Assembly (NCBI GenBank): GCA_002772645.1
Contig: PFDK01000007.1
Span: 54,852-99,910, forward strand
From: Candidatus Pacebacteria bacterium CG10_big_fil_rev_8_21_14_0_10_56_10
Lineage (GTDB): Bacteria > Patescibacteriota > Microgenomatia > UBA1400 > PJMF01
Direction of reading: 5' to 3'
DNA length: 45,059 bases
Below are positions 32,924 through 42,991 of this stretch, one piece after another. Both the position numbers and the translations under genes were made by a program. Numbering within the stretch: position 1 is the first letter of the stretch; each line of letters opens with the position of its first letter. The notes under the pieces are model-generated. The model worked only from the letters and a program-made list of their open reading frames with translations, searched no databases and was not told where the DNA came from.

Positions 32924-33958
32924 TCACTGGACCTGCTCGACCAGCCGGTGGCAGTAGCCCCACTCGTTGTCGTACCAGCTGACAACTTTGACCAGGTTGC
33001 CGCCGATAACTTTCGTCAGCTCCAGGTCAACGATCGACGACTCACTGCGGCCCACGATGTCGGACGACACCAGCGGCTGGTCGGTCACCGCCAGGATACC
33101 CCGCCAGCGGTCTTGGTCGGCGGCCTGGCGAAAAACTTGGTTGACCTCATCGACGCTGGTGGGACGGCTGGTCACGAACACCATGTCGGACAGCGATCCC
33201 ACCGGGACCGGCACTCGGACTGCCATCCCGTCAAACTTATCGGTCAGTTCAGGAATGATTTTGGTGGTAGCTTTGGCGGCGCCGGTAGTAGTGGGAATGA
33301 TGTTCTCGGCGGCCGCTCTGGCTCGGCGCAGGTCTTTGTGGTGGGAGTTGTCCTGGGTATTTTGGTCGTCGGTGTAGGCGTGGATGGTAGTCATCACCGC
33401 CTTTTCTACTCCAAACGTTTCCACCATCACCCGAGTGACGGGCGCCACGCAGTTGGTGGTGCAAGAGGCATTGGACTGGACTTGGCCATCTTTCAAGTCA
33501 TTGACGCCGATCACGCCGGTCTGAATGCCGTCGCCTTTAGCCGGAGCCGAGATGACCACTCGCTGGGCGCCGCCTGCCAAGTGTTGACCGGCCTTGTCCA
33601 GGGTAGTAAACACGCCGGTGGACTCGATTACCGTCTGGACGCCGTACTCGCTCCACGGGATCTTGGCAGGTTGCCGCTGAGCGGTGACCAGCACCCGCCG
33701 TTCTCCCACCTGGAGTGTGCCCAGCACCGGATTGTCATCGCTGACGTCGTGGCGTGACTGCTGGCGTTCGACGGTGATCTGAGCGTCGAACAAGCCATAA
33801 TTGGTGTCGTGGCGTAGCAGGTGGGCCCAGTCCTCTAGTTCCATTGACCCGGAAGTATTGATGGCCTTTAGCCCAATCCGGTCACGGTGGTGGTGCCACC
33901 ACACCCTGAAGCTGGTCCGGCCAATCCTGCCGAACCCATTGATGCCGAACGTAATCAT
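32924..33958 (-). CDS. gap: Glyceraldehyde-3-phosphate dehydrogenase
   Basis: INGFGRIGR, the catalytic motif ASCTTNC, and WYDNEWGY. Confidence 0.9.
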   Translation of the reverse strand: MITFGINGFGRIGRTSFRVWWHHHRDRIGLKAINTSGSMELEDWAHLLRHDTNYGLFDAQITVERQQSRHDVSDDNPVLGTLQVGERRVLVTAQRQPAKIPWSEYGVQTVIESTGVFTTLDKAGQHLAGGAQRVVISAPAKGDGIQTGVIGVNDLKDGQVQSNASCTTNCVAPVTRVMVETFGVEKAVMTTIHAYTDDQNTQDNSHHKDLRRARAAAENIIPTTTGAAKATTKIIPELTDKFDGMAVRVPVPVGSLSDMVFVTSRPTSVDEVNQVFRQAADQDRWRGILAVTDQPLVSSDIVGRSESSIVDLELTKVIGGNLVKVVSWYDNEWGYCHRLVEQVQ

Positions 33959-33970
33959 GCCGTTACCTCT

Positions 33971-34714
33971 TTACTTGACCAGGGTGGTCTCGACGTCGTT
34001 GCCTACGTAAGTGCCAACGTCTTCGCCCAGCACCGCGTTCTTAAGATTATCACCTTCAAACAGTTTGTACACCAGTACCGGCATGTCGTTCTCTTTGGCC
34101 ATCGCCAAAGCGGCGGTGTCCATTACCTCGATGTCGTCTTTCTCGATGGCGTCGCGGAACGTCAGGGTACTGTAGCGGCGGGCGTTTTTGTGCTTGGCAG
34201 GGTCCTTGTCGTATATGCCGTTCACTTTAGTAGCTTTCATTAACACGTCGCAGTGGAGCTCTAAGGCATGGAGGGCCGCTCCGGTATCGGTGGTCACGTA
34301 CGGCACGCCGGTACCGGCCGCCAACACCACTACTCGGCCTTTTTCCATGTGCCGGATAGCTTTGCGGCGAATAAAGCTCTCGGCCACCGCTGGCATTTGC
34401 AGGGCCGACTGCAGCCGGCAAGGTACGCCGATTTGTTCCAGCGAGTCCTGGAGCGCCAGGCCGTTCATCACCGTGGCCAGCATGCCCATGTAGTCGGCAG
34501 TCGCCCGCTCGATCCCCTTTTTGGAGGCAGACAGACCCCGAAAAATGTTGCCGCCGCCGATCACTACCGCGATCTCGACGTTACGGGTGTAGGCTTGCTT
34601 GATGTTGTTGGCCACGTCCAGCGCCGCTTGCGGATCGATGCCATAAGGCCGCTCGCCCATCAGTGACTCACCGCCAATCTTGAGCATGACACGTTTAAAT
34701 CGAGGATGGCGCAT
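33971..34714 (-). CDS. pyrH: UMP kinase
   Basis: RVMLKIGGESL, VVIGGGNIFRG, and GTGVPYVTTDT. Confidence 0.9.
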   Translation of the reverse strand: MRHPRFKRVMLKIGGESLMGERPYGIDPQAALDVANNIKQAYTRNVEIAVVIGGGNIFRGLSASKKGIERATADYMGMLATVMNGLALQDSLEQIGVPCRLQSALQMPAVAESFIRRKAIRHMEKGRVVVLAAGTGVPYVTTDTGAALHALELHCDVLMKATKVNGIYDKDPAKHKNARRYSTLTFRDAIEKDDIEVMDTAALAMAKENDMPVLVYKLFEGDNLKNAVLGEDVGTYVGNDVETTLVK

Positions 34715-34733
34715 TGGTCCTTTCTAGTGTTAA

Positions 34734-34758
34734 CAAAAATCTCAGCTGAGGCTGAGAT
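34734..34758 (-). terminator. Rho-independent terminator after the FemAB-family gene, ~20 nt upstream of the pyrH start
   Basis: The minus strand reads ATCTCAGC-CTCA-GCTGAGAT followed by TTTTG. Confidence 0.7.
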
Positions 34759-34853
34759 AATGCTTGCTCCCCGGTGTAGGGAGCGCCAAATATTTAGTAT
34801 GCTGGTTGGTACACCACATTGCTAAGCTGACTATATTAAGGCAACGACGGCCA

Positions 34854-35888
34854 TTATAGCGGTAAACTGGCTTTGAGTCTAAGCCATTTCCAGCGGGCCG
34901 TGTCGGCCAGCCGGAACAGCGGGTACAGCCGTTGATTAATGACTAAATCGTAGCTGCCCACCAGCTCGTAGAGGTCGCCGCCGTAACCTTTCTTAAAACG
35001 ATGAAAACCGTACCACGGGTCGCGCTTGTTCGGTTCTTCGCCCAGTGAGCCCCACAGGTCAAACCGGGCCAGGCCCTGGCGTTTGCCGTAGCGGACCATC
35101 TCCCACATCAGCAGGTTGTTAGCCATCACTTCTCGGTGCTCTCTGATCGAAGCACCGTACGGATAATAGAGCGTGTTGCCAAACACGAAAAGTATCCATG
35201 ATGACAAGACCTTTCCCTGGTACATCGCCTGGAAAATCTTGATCATGCCGGAAGTGCCCAGCGTTTGCCACATGGTCCGGAAGTACTCGGGAGAGTGAGC
35301 GTAGAAGCCTTGGCGCTGAGTAGTAGCGGCCAAGATGTCCAGGTAAGTTTCCAAGCCGGCTGCGGTTGAGTTTTCGTAAATTTCGACGCCTTTTTTGATG
35401 GCCAGCCGGATGTTGTAGCGTGTTTTGGCAGACAGCTTGGCGAACAGCTCTTGTTCCGTCTGGGTGAGGTCGATCACCAAGGTGTGGCGGGTAAACAGCG
35501 GCCGGCCGGGCCGGGCGCCCTGCTCGACCAGGAAACGACCAATCTGTCGGTGAGCAGACGGCGTGCCGGACTTGATAGCCACGTTGGGCTCGAGCTTGAT
35601 AAACAAGGCGTCGTGGCGACTGCCCAGCTCCCGCAGGCTCTGCAGCTGGGCCTCGTCGGGCATGAAAGCTTTAGGCAAGTAACCGGCCGGTTTGTTGATG
35701 AGAGGCACTTGATGGAACGTCACTTGGTAGGCCCTGAGCAGCCGGCCGCCGTCAAAAAACCCTATCCGCTCCACCTGAACGCCGGTCCTGTGACGGAACT
35801 CTCCCCACTCCCATGACTGGAGAGGGTGGTCGACCACTTGGTTGTAGAGCTGCTTTTCTTCCAGCCGGATAGGTCGGGTCAGCATCAA
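34854..35888 (-). CDS. FemAB-family peptidoglycan interpeptide-bridge aminoacyltransferase
   Basis: 344 aa. SWEWGEFRHRTG, two GNAT-like halves and the ending FKKGYGG are typical of FemX/MurM-type enzymes. Confidence 0.6.
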   Translation of the reverse strand: MMLTRPIRLEEKQLYNQVVDHPLQSWEWGEFRHRTGVQVERIGFFDGGRLLRAYQVTFHQVPLINKPAGYLPKAFMPDEAQLQSLRELGSRHDALFIKLEPNVAIKSGTPSAHRQIGRFLVEQGARPGRPLFTRHTLVIDLTQTEQELFAKLSAKTRYNIRLAIKKGVEIYENSTAAGLETYLDILAATTQRQGFYAHSPEYFRTMWQTLGTSGMIKIFQAMYQGKVLSSWILFVFGNTLYYPYGASIREHREVMANNLLMWEMVRYGKRQGLARFDLWGSLGEEPNKRDPWYGFHRFKKGYGGDLYELVGSYDLVINQRLYPLFRLADTARWKWLRLKASLPL

Positions 35889-35976
35889 GTTATCACTTTA
35901 AGTTAAGTACGATTTAGTCTGCTCAGACAGCCGTTCTCCGCTGGCAGTAGCATCTCTAGTATAGGCTAGCCGCGGC

Positions 35977-37998
35977 TCAGCTGTCGATAAAGGTATCGAT
36001 ATCAAGCTCGCCGCTGAGCAACTGGTCAACACTGTCTTCATCGACGACCAGCCGCCGCCGGCTCTCCTTGTTCGCCACTGGCCGGCCGGCTCCCACTGTT
36101 TGCCCGTCAAGCCGCCGGCCCGACTGTCCGGTCCGCCTCCAACCATTGTCGCGGTCAGCGGTCTGCTGAGAGCGAACTTGGAGCAGGTTGGGGTTGATAT
36201 CCTGGAGAAAGCGGCTGCGCACCGCGTTGGCGGCGTGGCCGTACTGCCAGCGCTTCCGGGCGTGGCTGAAGAACAGCCGCTCTTTGGCCCGGGTGATGCC
36301 TACATAGCACAACCGCCGCTCCTCTTCCATCTGTAGTTTGTCCCACAACGAGCGCGAGTGGGGCAGCAGTCCCTCTTCCATGCCCACTAAGAACACTACC
36401 GGAAACTCCAGGCCTTTTGCGGAGTGCAGGCTCATCAGCGTTAGACTGGGTTGCCGATCAGCCTTGGTGCCGGCCACGTAGTTGTCCTGGACCAGCGCCA
36501 CGTTCTCCAGGAACTGGACAGGGTCGTTAAACTGAGAGGCCACGTTGAGCAGTTCATCGATGTTTTCCAGCCGAGAGAGGTCATCGGGGTCCTGGTCGTC
36601 AAACTTATGGCGGTAGTCCGTCAGTTCCAAGATTGTGTTGAGCAGGTCGAGCGGCTCGGTTGTCCGGGACGACGGTTGCCACTGGGTAAACTTGGCAAAC
36701 CGGCGCTTGCCCAATTTCAGGGCCCGCTCCTGGCTGACGCTGTCCAGCGGGTTGAGCACCAGCCGCAAGTATGCCAGCAAGTCTTTGATCTCTCGGCGAT
36801 CGTAGAACTTGAAGCCACCTACCACTTGGTACGGTAGGCCGTAGCGCACGCACGCCTCCTCGAACGGACGGGACTGGGCGTTGGTCCGGTACAGGATGGC
36901 TACCTGGCCCAAGTCGTACTGGCCCAGCTCCCGCCTGACAGTGTCGATGACCAGCCGGGCTTCGTCTTGGTCGGTATCTACTTCCAGGCATGTCACCGGC
37001 GTGGTCAGCCGGCTATCTGTCCACAGGTCAAGGACTGGATGGAGAGTGTTTTGGGAGATGACTTGAGTAGCAGCGTCGAGGATAGTTTGGCTGGACCGGT
37101 AGTTGCGCTCCAGCCGGTACTCGACGGTGTCGGCAAAGTCCTGCTGAAGGTTGAGCATGTTGCGGTAGTCGGCACCGCGCCAAGTGTAGATGCTTTGGGC
37201 AAAGTCACCGACCACAAACAAGTTGTTCTGGGGCTGGGCAAAGAGCTTTGTCAGCTGGTACTGGGCCTTGTTGGTGTCCTGGTACTCATCGACCATCACT
37301 TGGCTGAGCTGGTCTTGGTAGCGGGCCAAGACGTCGGGCTGTGACTCCAGCAGCCGGATGGTCAACAGCAGTAGGTCATCAAAGTCCACGCTGTCGAGCT
37401 GGCGCAGCCGCCGTTGGTACAAGCCATAAAGGCGGGCGGTGAACTCCTGGAAACGGCCGTGGGCCAGCTGTTGGTACTCGGCCGGGCCGAGCATCTCATT
37501 TTTGGCATTAGAGATGGCACCCAGTACGGCCTGAGGTTTAAAGTCGCGCTGATCAAAGCGATGGCGTTTGTAGAGCTGTTTGACCAGCGAGAGCTGGTCG
37601 CTCGAGTCGAAGATACTGTAGCCGGTCGAGAGGCCGACCAGCTGGCCATGCCTGCGCAGCAGGCGGGCGCACAAGCTGTGAAACGTACCCGATAAGGGCA
37701 GACGAACGCCGACCAACTCCTCCAGCCTGGCATTTATCTCGGCAGCCGCCTTGTTGGTGAACGTCACCACCATCAGCCGTTCCGGTTCCAGCTGATGCTC
37801 GGCAAGCAACCAGGCTGCCCGGGTGACCAGCACCCTGGTCTTCCCTGACCCAGCGCCGGCCAGTACCAGCGCCGGCCCTTGGAGGTGGCTGGCCGCCTGG
37901 CGCTGTTGGTCGTTAAGCTGGGCGAAAAAATCGGGCATGGTGCGGATCAGGGCCGGCCCGGTGAGCGGGTTTGGGGTCCCATTGGGGGCATGGCGCAT
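35977..37998 (-). CDS. pcrA: UvrD/PcrA-type ATP-dependent DNA helicase
   Basis: LNDQQRQAASHLQGPALVLAGAGSGKTRVL, TFHSLC, VDEYQDTN, and SLHSAKGLEFPVVF. The track's start at 38298 is unlikely because it overlaps tpiA. ATG 37998 or 37938 (MPDFFAQLND) fits better. Confidence 0.85.
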   Translation of the reverse strand: MRHAPNGTPNPLTGPALIRTMPDFFAQLNDQQRQAASHLQGPALVLAGAGSGKTRVLVTRAAWLLAEHQLEPERLMVVTFTNKAAAEINARLEELVGVRLPLSGTFHSLCARLLRRHGQLVGLSTGYSIFDSSDQLSLVKQLYKRHRFDQRDFKPQAVLGAISNAKNEMLGPAEYQQLAHGRFQEFTARLYGLYQRRLRQLDSVDFDDLLLLTIRLLESQPDVLARYQDQLSQVMVDEYQDTNKAQYQLTKLFAQPQNNLFVVGDFAQSIYTWRGADYRNMLNLQQDFADTVEYRLERNYRSSQTILDAATQVISQNTLHPVLDLWTDSRLTTPVTCLEVDTDQDEARLVIDTVRRELGQYDLGQVAILYRTNAQSRPFEEACVRYGLPYQVVGGFKFYDRREIKDLLAYLRLVLNPLDSVSQERALKLGKRRFAKFTQWQPSSRTTEPLDLLNTILELTDYRHKFDDQDPDDLSRLENIDELLNVASQFNDPVQFLENVALVQDNYVAGTKADRQPSLTLMSLHSAKGLEFPVVFLVGMEEGLLPHSRSLWDKLQMEEERRLCYVGITRAKERLFFSHARKRWQYGHAANAVRSRFLQDINPNLLQVRSQQTADRDNGWRRTGQSGRRLDGQTVGAGRPVANKESRRRLVVDEDSVDQLLSGELDIDTFIDS

Positions 37999-38021
37999 AG
38001 TAGCACGAATTTCCCGACTGG

Positions 38022-38030
38022 TGGTATAGT
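38022..38030 (+). promoter_or_regulatory. Extended -10 candidate TGgTATAGT upstream of tpiA
   Basis: The plus strand reads ggTGgTATAGTgc at 38022-38030. The tpiA ATG is at 38099. Confidence 0.35.
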
Positions 38031-38098
38031 GCTTGGTACTAGGGTCGCGGCCGCGCTGTCTAGCGAGGCTGAAGCTGCCGGCAGTCTTAAACCAGTCG

Positions 38099-38776
38099 AT
38101 GAAACTAACCTCCCCCCTGGCAGTCGCCAACTGGAAGTCGCACAAAACCCAGCGGGACGTCAGCCGCTGGCTGACAGCCTTTGGTAACGCCCAGCCTTTA
38201 CCAGAACTGGCCGGCACGGTGGTAATTTGCCCGCCGGCGCCGTTTCTGGAGCTGGTGGCCCGAGCGGTGAGCGGCTGGCCCAACGTCACCACCGGCATCC
38301 AGGATGTCAGCCCTTTTCCTATGGGCAGCTACACCGGGGCGGTGGCCGCCGCTTCACTGGCAGGTTTGGGGGTGGAGTACGCTTTGGTCGGCCACTCGGA
38401 GCGGCGACGCTACTTTGCTGAGTCGCACCAGGACGTAGCCAACAAAGTAGCCCAATGTCTGGAGGCCGAGCTAACGCCAATCGTCTGTGTGGATGACGAC
38501 TACGTCACCCAACAGGCTGCGGCCATCGCCCCGGACCACCTGGAGAAGTTGATCGTAGCCTACGAAGCGCTGGAGTCCATCGGCACCGGCGTCAACCAGC
38601 CGGTGGAAGTAGTTCAACGGATGGTCACTGAGATCCAGAACCGTTTCGGGCCGGTGCCGGTAATTTACGGCGGCAGCGTTGATGTTGATAATGCCGACGA
38701 CTACCGACAAGTCTGCAGCGGTGTACTGGTGGGCGGCGCCAGCCTTGACCCGGCTGAGTTTAGCTCCTTGTTGTGA
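38099..38776 (+). CDS. tpiA: Triosephosphate isomerase
   Basis: AVANWKSH, VGHSERR, AYEALESIGTG, and YGGSV. The ATG at 38099 (MKLTSPLAVANWK) is preferred over the TTG at 38033, which lies 2 nt after the -10 box. Confidence 0.85.
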   Translation: MKLTSPLAVANWKSHKTQRDVSRWLTAFGNAQPLPELAGTVVICPPAPFLELVARAVSGWPNVTTGIQDVSPFPMGSYTGAVAAASLAGLGVEYALVGHSERRRYFAESHQDVANKVAQCLEAELTPIVCVDDDYVTQQAAAIAPDHLEKLIVAYEALESIGTGVNQPVEVVQRMVTEIQNRFGPVPVIYGGSVDVDNADDYRQVCSGVLVGGASLDPAEFSSLL

Positions 38777-38785
38777 CGACCCTGC

Positions 38786-39841
38786 TTAGTTTTGGCTTTC
38801 CGGCGAGGGCGAGCTCTCCGTTGGACCCAGTTTAACGTAGCGGCCGCTCACCCAGCCGATGCTGTCTTCAAACAAGATCTGGTACCAGTTGTCGACAACT
38901 GGGCCCAGGAAAGGGTAGCTCTGGCCGACCAGTGCCAGGCCGATGGTCCCTCCGCCGGCATCGGCGATGGCTCGCACCCGGATCACTTCCTGGCCGTTCT
39001 GAAAGTAGTTGCTCTTGAGAACTGTTAGCCGAGGGGCGCTGGCGGCACTGGCCGTCGCCACTACCTCTGGCGGGGCCGGTTGGACTGTCGAAGCGCCGCC
39101 GGTTGCTACCGACGGCACCGCGGCCCCAGGTTGTGGCTGCGGCGACGGCTGTGACGATGGTCCCAGCGCGGCGCCTTCCCGGGCCAGCTTGACGGTGGCC
39201 ACTAGCCGGTGACCAGTGGGCAGGTTGATGTCGTACTCTTGGCCCAGGTACGACGGCAGTGACACGCTCAGGGTATGCTCGCCCGGTGAGACGTCACTGA
39301 TCACCATTGGCGCGAACAACGGCTGGCCACCATCAACGGAAACGATTGCCCGGTCCGGCACTGTCACCACGCTCAACTCGGCAGCCGACCGCTTATCCAG
39401 CGGCTCTAGTTCGTACACCACCCCGCCGCTGGTTTCAGAATTCCGACCGGGTGTCCAGCTAACCACTGTCAGCAAACCCGGCCTCAGCCGCAGTTGAGTC
39501 TGATACGGCACTAACCCGGCATCGTCGGGATTGATGCTGAGCCGATAGCTGCCGGGTTGGATGTCCTGAGTGATGAACGGCGATTTTTCCACGAACTGGT
39601 CATCGAGAAAGACCGAAGCCGCTACTTCTCCGGTCAGGACTTGCAGGCCAGCTTTATCCGGCGCGGACAGGAACGGCAGCCCGCCCGGCAACTCAACTTG
39701 TATAGGAAAATTAGGACTGCAGGCAGCCAGTACCAAGCTGGCCGCTATTGGTAGCCAGCGATCAGGCTTGATCAGCGCCACTGTCGCTGTCGGTAGCTGG
39801 ACGTTGCTCAGTACCCTGACTAGCCGTTCTAGCTGTGACAT
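38786..39841 (-). CDS. Lipoprotein with PEGA-like domains and a C-terminal SH3b-like domain
   Basis: Starts at the ATG at 39841 (MSQLERL...), with lipobox LVLAAC. PEGA-like segments are GSYRLSINPDD and IVSVDGGQ...SPGEHTLSVSLPSY. The C-terminus VIRVRAIADAGGGTIGLALVGQSYPF...NWYQILFEDSIGWVSGRYV is SH3b-like. TGcTATACT at 39848-39856 lies 6 nt upstream of the ATG. Confidence 0.55.
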   Translation of the reverse strand: MSQLERLVRVLSNVQLPTATVALIKPDRWLPIAASLVLAACSPNFPIQVELPGGLPFLSAPDKAGLQVLTGEVAASVFLDDQFVEKSPFITQDIQPGSYRLSINPDDAGLVPYQTQLRLRPGLLTVVSWTPGRNSETSGGVVYELEPLDKRSAAELSVVTVPDRAIVSVDGGQPLFAPMVISDVSPGEHTLSVSLPSYLGQEYDINLPTGHRLVATVKLAREGAALGPSSQPSPQPQPGAAVPSVATGGASTVQPAPPEVVATASAASAPRLTVLKSNYFQNGQEVIRVRAIADAGGGTIGLALVGQSYPFLGPVVDNWYQILFEDSIGWVSGRYVKLGPTESSPSPESQN

Positions 39842-39947
39842 GGGCTTAGTATAGCAATCGACTGCCCGGTTACCTGTTCCAGCCACCCGCCGCCTGATCC
39901 TAAGCCGCCGGCCGCCGAGCTCCGCCGCTTCTTTTCCCAGCCCCAAC

Positions 39948-42554
39948 TCACTTCAGCGCCAGTTTAAGAACTTGGTCCATTGTCTTGACCGGCTTGAACA
40001 TGATCGAGTTACGGGTCGATGACGGCACTTCTACCAGGTCACGCTCGTTGTCTTGAGGGATGACCACTACTTCACTGCCGGCCCGGTGGGCAGCAATGAT
40101 TTTTTCCTTGAGACCACCAATCCTTAAGACCCGACCGCGCAGCGTTACTTCGCCGGTCATGGCTACCTCCCGCTTGACAGGTTGATTGGTAAAGGCCGAG
40201 ATAATGGCAGTGGTGATAGTGATACCGGCCGACGGACCGTCCTTGGGCACCGCTCCCTCCGGAATGTGGATGTGAACGTCGGTTTTCTTGAGCTTGTCTT
40301 GCTTGATGCCCAGCTTATCGGCATTTGCTCGGACGTAAGTGTAGGCGGCTTGGGCCGACTCCTTCATCACATCGCCCAGTTTGCCCGTCAGCTTGACCTG
40401 GCCCTTCCCTGGTGACAGCGCCACCTCGATGAACAGCACGTCGCCGCCCACACTGGTCCAAGCCAGCCCGGTGGCCAGACCAACCACGTCAGTTTTCTCG
40501 GTCAGCGTCACGTCGTACTTCTCGGGCCCCAAGTACCCGCGTAGTCGCCGCGGCGTGACGTTGATTTTTTTGGTGTCGACTTTGCCCTCAACTAGCTGAC
40601 GGGCGGCCTTGCGCAGCACTTTGCCGATAGTCCGCTCCAACTCACGCACCCCGGCTTCCCGAGTATAGCGCTGGATAGCCATCTGCATGGCTTGATCGGA
40701 AAACTTAAGCTGCTGCTTAGTTAGGCCGTTAGCGGTCAAGTTCTTGTCCATCAAGTGATCGCGGGCAATAAAGAACTTCTCTTCTTGGGTGTAACCGGAG
40801 TACTCAATGACCTCCAAACGGTCGTACAGCGCCGGCGGAATGGTAGCCAGCGTGTTGGCGGTAGTAATAAACATGACGTGCGACAGATCGAACGGCATGT
40901 CCAGATAATGGTCTTCAAAAGTGTGGTTCTGCTCAGGGTCAAGGGCTTCCAGCAGGGCCGCCGATGGGTCGCCGCGAAAATCGGCGCCCACCTTGTCCAC
41001 TTCGTCGAGCATGAACACCGGGTTGATGGTACCGGCTTGCTTGATACCGTCGATGATCCGGCCGGCCATTGCCCCCACATAAGTGCGGCGGTGGCCGCGG
41101 ATCTCGGCTTCGTCTCGGATGCCTCCCAGGGAAACTTTGATAAACTTGCGCCCCAGCGACTCGGCTACGGCCCGACCGATACTGGTTTTGCCTACTCCGG
41201 GCGGGCCCACAAAGCACAGGATGGTCGGGGTGGTCTGCTTGTCGGTCTGTCCTCCGCTCAACTTGGTCGCCAAGTCACTGTTGCGCCCAGTTTGCTCATC
41301 GCGCTGTTTTTTGAGCTGCAGGACAGCGATAAACTCCAGGATCCGGTCTTTGACTTTTTCCAGACCGTAGTGGCGCTCGTCAAGAATGTATCCGGCTTTC
41401 TTGATGTCGAAGTTTTCTTGGCTGAGCTTGCCCCAAGGCAGCTCAAAAATGGTGTCCAGCCAGGAGCGGATGTAGCCGGTTTCGGGATTATTGACCGACA
41501 GCTGCTGCAGCCGCTTGAGCTCTTTTGAGATCCGGCTTTTTGTTTCTTTGGGTGCTTTCAGCGAGGCCAGTTTATGGCGGTACTCTTGGACCACCTCTTC
41601 TTCGTCGTCCACATCGCCCAGTTCTTTCTGGATGGTCCTTAACCGCTCGCGCAGCACGTTTTCGCGCATGTGCTTGTCGAACTTGGCCTGGGTTTTATGA
41701 ACGACGTCTTTCTCGATCTCCAGGACTTTCATTTCATGCGACAGCCGCTCGATGACCAGTTTGATCCTGGTTTTGACGTTGAGCGTCTCCAAGATAGTCT
41801 GCTTTTCGTCTGTGGTAGCGTTTAGGGTGCTGGCTATTTGGTCGACCAGCTCGCCTTCGGTCACTCCGCCCATCAGCTTCATGAAGTTGAGGAACTCGAC
41901 TGGTTTGCCCATGTGGACGGCCTTGCGGAACTCTTTTTGGAGCGTGTTGGTCAGGGCGTTCATTTCCTCGTCCTTGACGACTTCGTCTTCGAGTTTTTCG
42001 AGTTGGGCCATCATGAACGGTTCGATACGCAGGAAACGGGCAATCCGGACCCGGCCGATGCCGCGGGCCAGGGCATTGATCTGGCCGTCGGAGTCCAAGG
42101 CCCGTTCCACCATGGCCAGCGTCCCGATCTGGAAAAGGTCGCCGGGCTGGGGCCGGTCCACTTCTGGTTTTTGCTGTGTGACCAGCACCACCAGCTTATT
42201 TTGTTTGAGGGCGTACTTGAGGGCGTTGACCGACACTTTGCGGCCAAACGTCAGCACCGACTCGGTGCTGGGAAACAGGACGCCCTCGCGGATCGGCACC
42301 ACCGGCAGGACAACTTGGTTGGCCGGCAGGGAGCGCTGGGCCCGTTGCCGGACTGGGGATTGGTCGCTTTGAGAGGTGGCTGGTTGGCCAGTGTTGTGCC
42401 CGGCCTGCCCTGCTTGCCCGACCTGTCCAACTTGCCCGATCTGCCCAGTCCGCTCAGTCTGCCTGGCCCGCCGAGAGAAGACCGTGCCGGCCTTACCTGG
42501 TTTGGGGGTATGCTTTGGCTGGGGCTGGTCGGATTTTGGGTCTGAGCTAGCCAT
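39948..42554 (-). CDS. lon: ATP-dependent Lon protease with a ~78-aa low-complexity N-terminal extension
   Basis: LON N domain ([13 protein letters not shown]), GPPGVGKTS, and the protease motif [10 protein letters not shown]. Confidence 0.9.
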   Translation of the reverse strand: MASSDPKSDQPQPKHTPKPGKAGTVFSRRARQTERTGQIGQVGQVGQAGQAGHNTGQPATSQSDQSPVRQRAQRSLPANQVVLPVVPIREGVLFPSTESVLTFGRKVSVNALKYALKQNKLVVLVTQQKPEVDRPQPGDLFQIGTLAMVERALDSDGQINALARGIGRVRIARFLRIEPFMMAQLEKLEDEVVKDEEMNALTNTLQKEFRKAVHMGKPVEFLNFMKLMGGVTEGELVDQIASTLNATTDEKQTILETLNVKTRIKLVIERLSHEMKVLEIEKDVVHKTQAKFDKHMRENVLRERLRTIQKELGDVDDEEEVVQEYRHKLASLKAPKETKSRISKELKRLQQLSVNNPETGYIRSWLDTIFELPWGKLSQENFDIKKAGYILDERHYGLEKVKDRILEFIAVLQLKKQRDEQTGRNSDLATKLSGGQTDKQTTPTILCFVGPPGVGKTSIGRAVAESLGRKFIKVSLGGIRDEAEIRGHRRTYVGAMAGRIIDGIKQAGTINPVFMLDEVDKVGADFRGDPSAALLEALDPEQNHTFEDHYLDMPFDLSHVMFITTANTLATIPPALYDRLEVIEYSGYTQEEKFFIARDHLMDKNLTANGLTKQQLKFSDQAMQMAIQRYTREAGVRELERTIGKVLRKAARQLVEGKVDTKKINVTPRRLRGYLGPEKYDVTLTEKTDVVGLATGLAWTSVGGDVLFIEVALSPGKGQVKLTGKLGDVMKESAQAAYTYVRANADKLGIKQDKLKKTDVHIHIPEGAVPKDGPSAGITITTAIISAFTNQPVKREVAMTGEVTLRGRVLRIGGLKEKIIAAHRAGSEVVVIPQDNERDLVEVPSSTRNSIMFKPVKTMDQVLKLALK

Positions 42555-42562
42555 GAATTAGC

Positions 42563-42591
42563 ATTCTAACTGCTTGACTGCTAATTAACAA
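42563..42591 (-). promoter_or_regulatory. Promoter candidate for lon: TTGTTA - 17 nt - TAGAAT, 8 nt upstream of the ATG
   Basis: The minus strand reads cTTGTTAattagcagtcaagcagtTAGAATgctaattcATG. Confidence 0.45.
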
Positions 42592-42700
42592 GGGGGTGGC
42601 CGGCGCCCAGCACTGACAGCACCGGGCGGAGCGTGATAGTGTTTGGGAGTCGCCATCCGTTTTGTCGGCTTTCGCCCGGGTAACCTCAAACCGGCCAACC

Positions 42701-42991
42701 CTAACCGGTCGCGGCTAGCCGCTCTAGTTTTTCTGCCAGCTGCTGGTTGCTCGGCTCGGTGATGGTACTGCCGTCGCTAAAGACTAGGGTGGGCACCGAC
42801 CGCTGGCCGTGATTGATTTCTTCAACTTTGGCGATTGAGTCGGGGTGGTGCTCGATATTGATCTCCAGGTAGTCTCGGTCGGCTTGGTAGTCGTGTGCCT
42901 GCAGCCACTGCTTGACGCGGATACAGTCGCCGCACCACGAGGTGGTGTACATAGTAAAGATAGGGCCGGAGGGTTGTGGAGTACCAGACAT
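42701..42991 (-). CDS. Glutaredoxin-like protein of the mycoredoxin type
   Basis: MYTTSWCGDCIRVKQWL...INIEHHPDSIAKVEEINHGQRSVPTLVFSDGSTITEPS closely parallels the mycoredoxin-1 pattern (YTTSWCGYC...VDIE...NGGNRTVPTV.F.DGS..TNPS). Confidence 0.75.
   Translation of the reverse strand: MSGTPQPSGPIFTMYTTSWCGDCIRVKQWLQAHDYQADRDYLEINIEHHPDSIAKVEEINHGQRSVPTLVFSDGSTITEPSNQQLAEKLERLAATG

Noticed and set aside
32694-32985. Two minus-strand ORFs (89 and 70 aa) in the comM-gap spacer
   Set aside because: They overlap the gap 3' end out of frame. They run through T6-T7 homopolymer tracts and have no start context or motifs. Their hydrophobic look simply reflects T-richness.
32879-33757. A 292-aa plus-strand ORF, plus shorter ORFs, lying antisense to gap
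   Set aside because: The minus-strand frame has canonical GAPDH motifs (INGFGRIGR, SCTTNC). The antisense translation is low-complexity G/V/R/H-rich, as is typical of shadow ORFs in GC-rich DNA.
37999-38298. A 100-120-aa N-terminal extension of the pcrA ORF given in the track
   Set aside because: The extension has no helicase similarity, overlaps the tpiA coding start on the opposite strand, and contains the tpiA -10 candidate. Internal ATGs at 37998 and 37938 lie directly before the conserved helicase N-terminus.
1730-42449. G-Q-x / A-G-Q repeats as copies of one mobile DNA element
   Set aside because: Codon choices and flanks differ between loci, so they are not copies of a single sequence.
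40755-42545. Long plus-strand ORFs (257, 206 and 235 aa) antisense to lon
   Set aside because: Lon motifs are unambiguous on the minus strand. The antisense frames lack motifs and look like GC-driven open frames.
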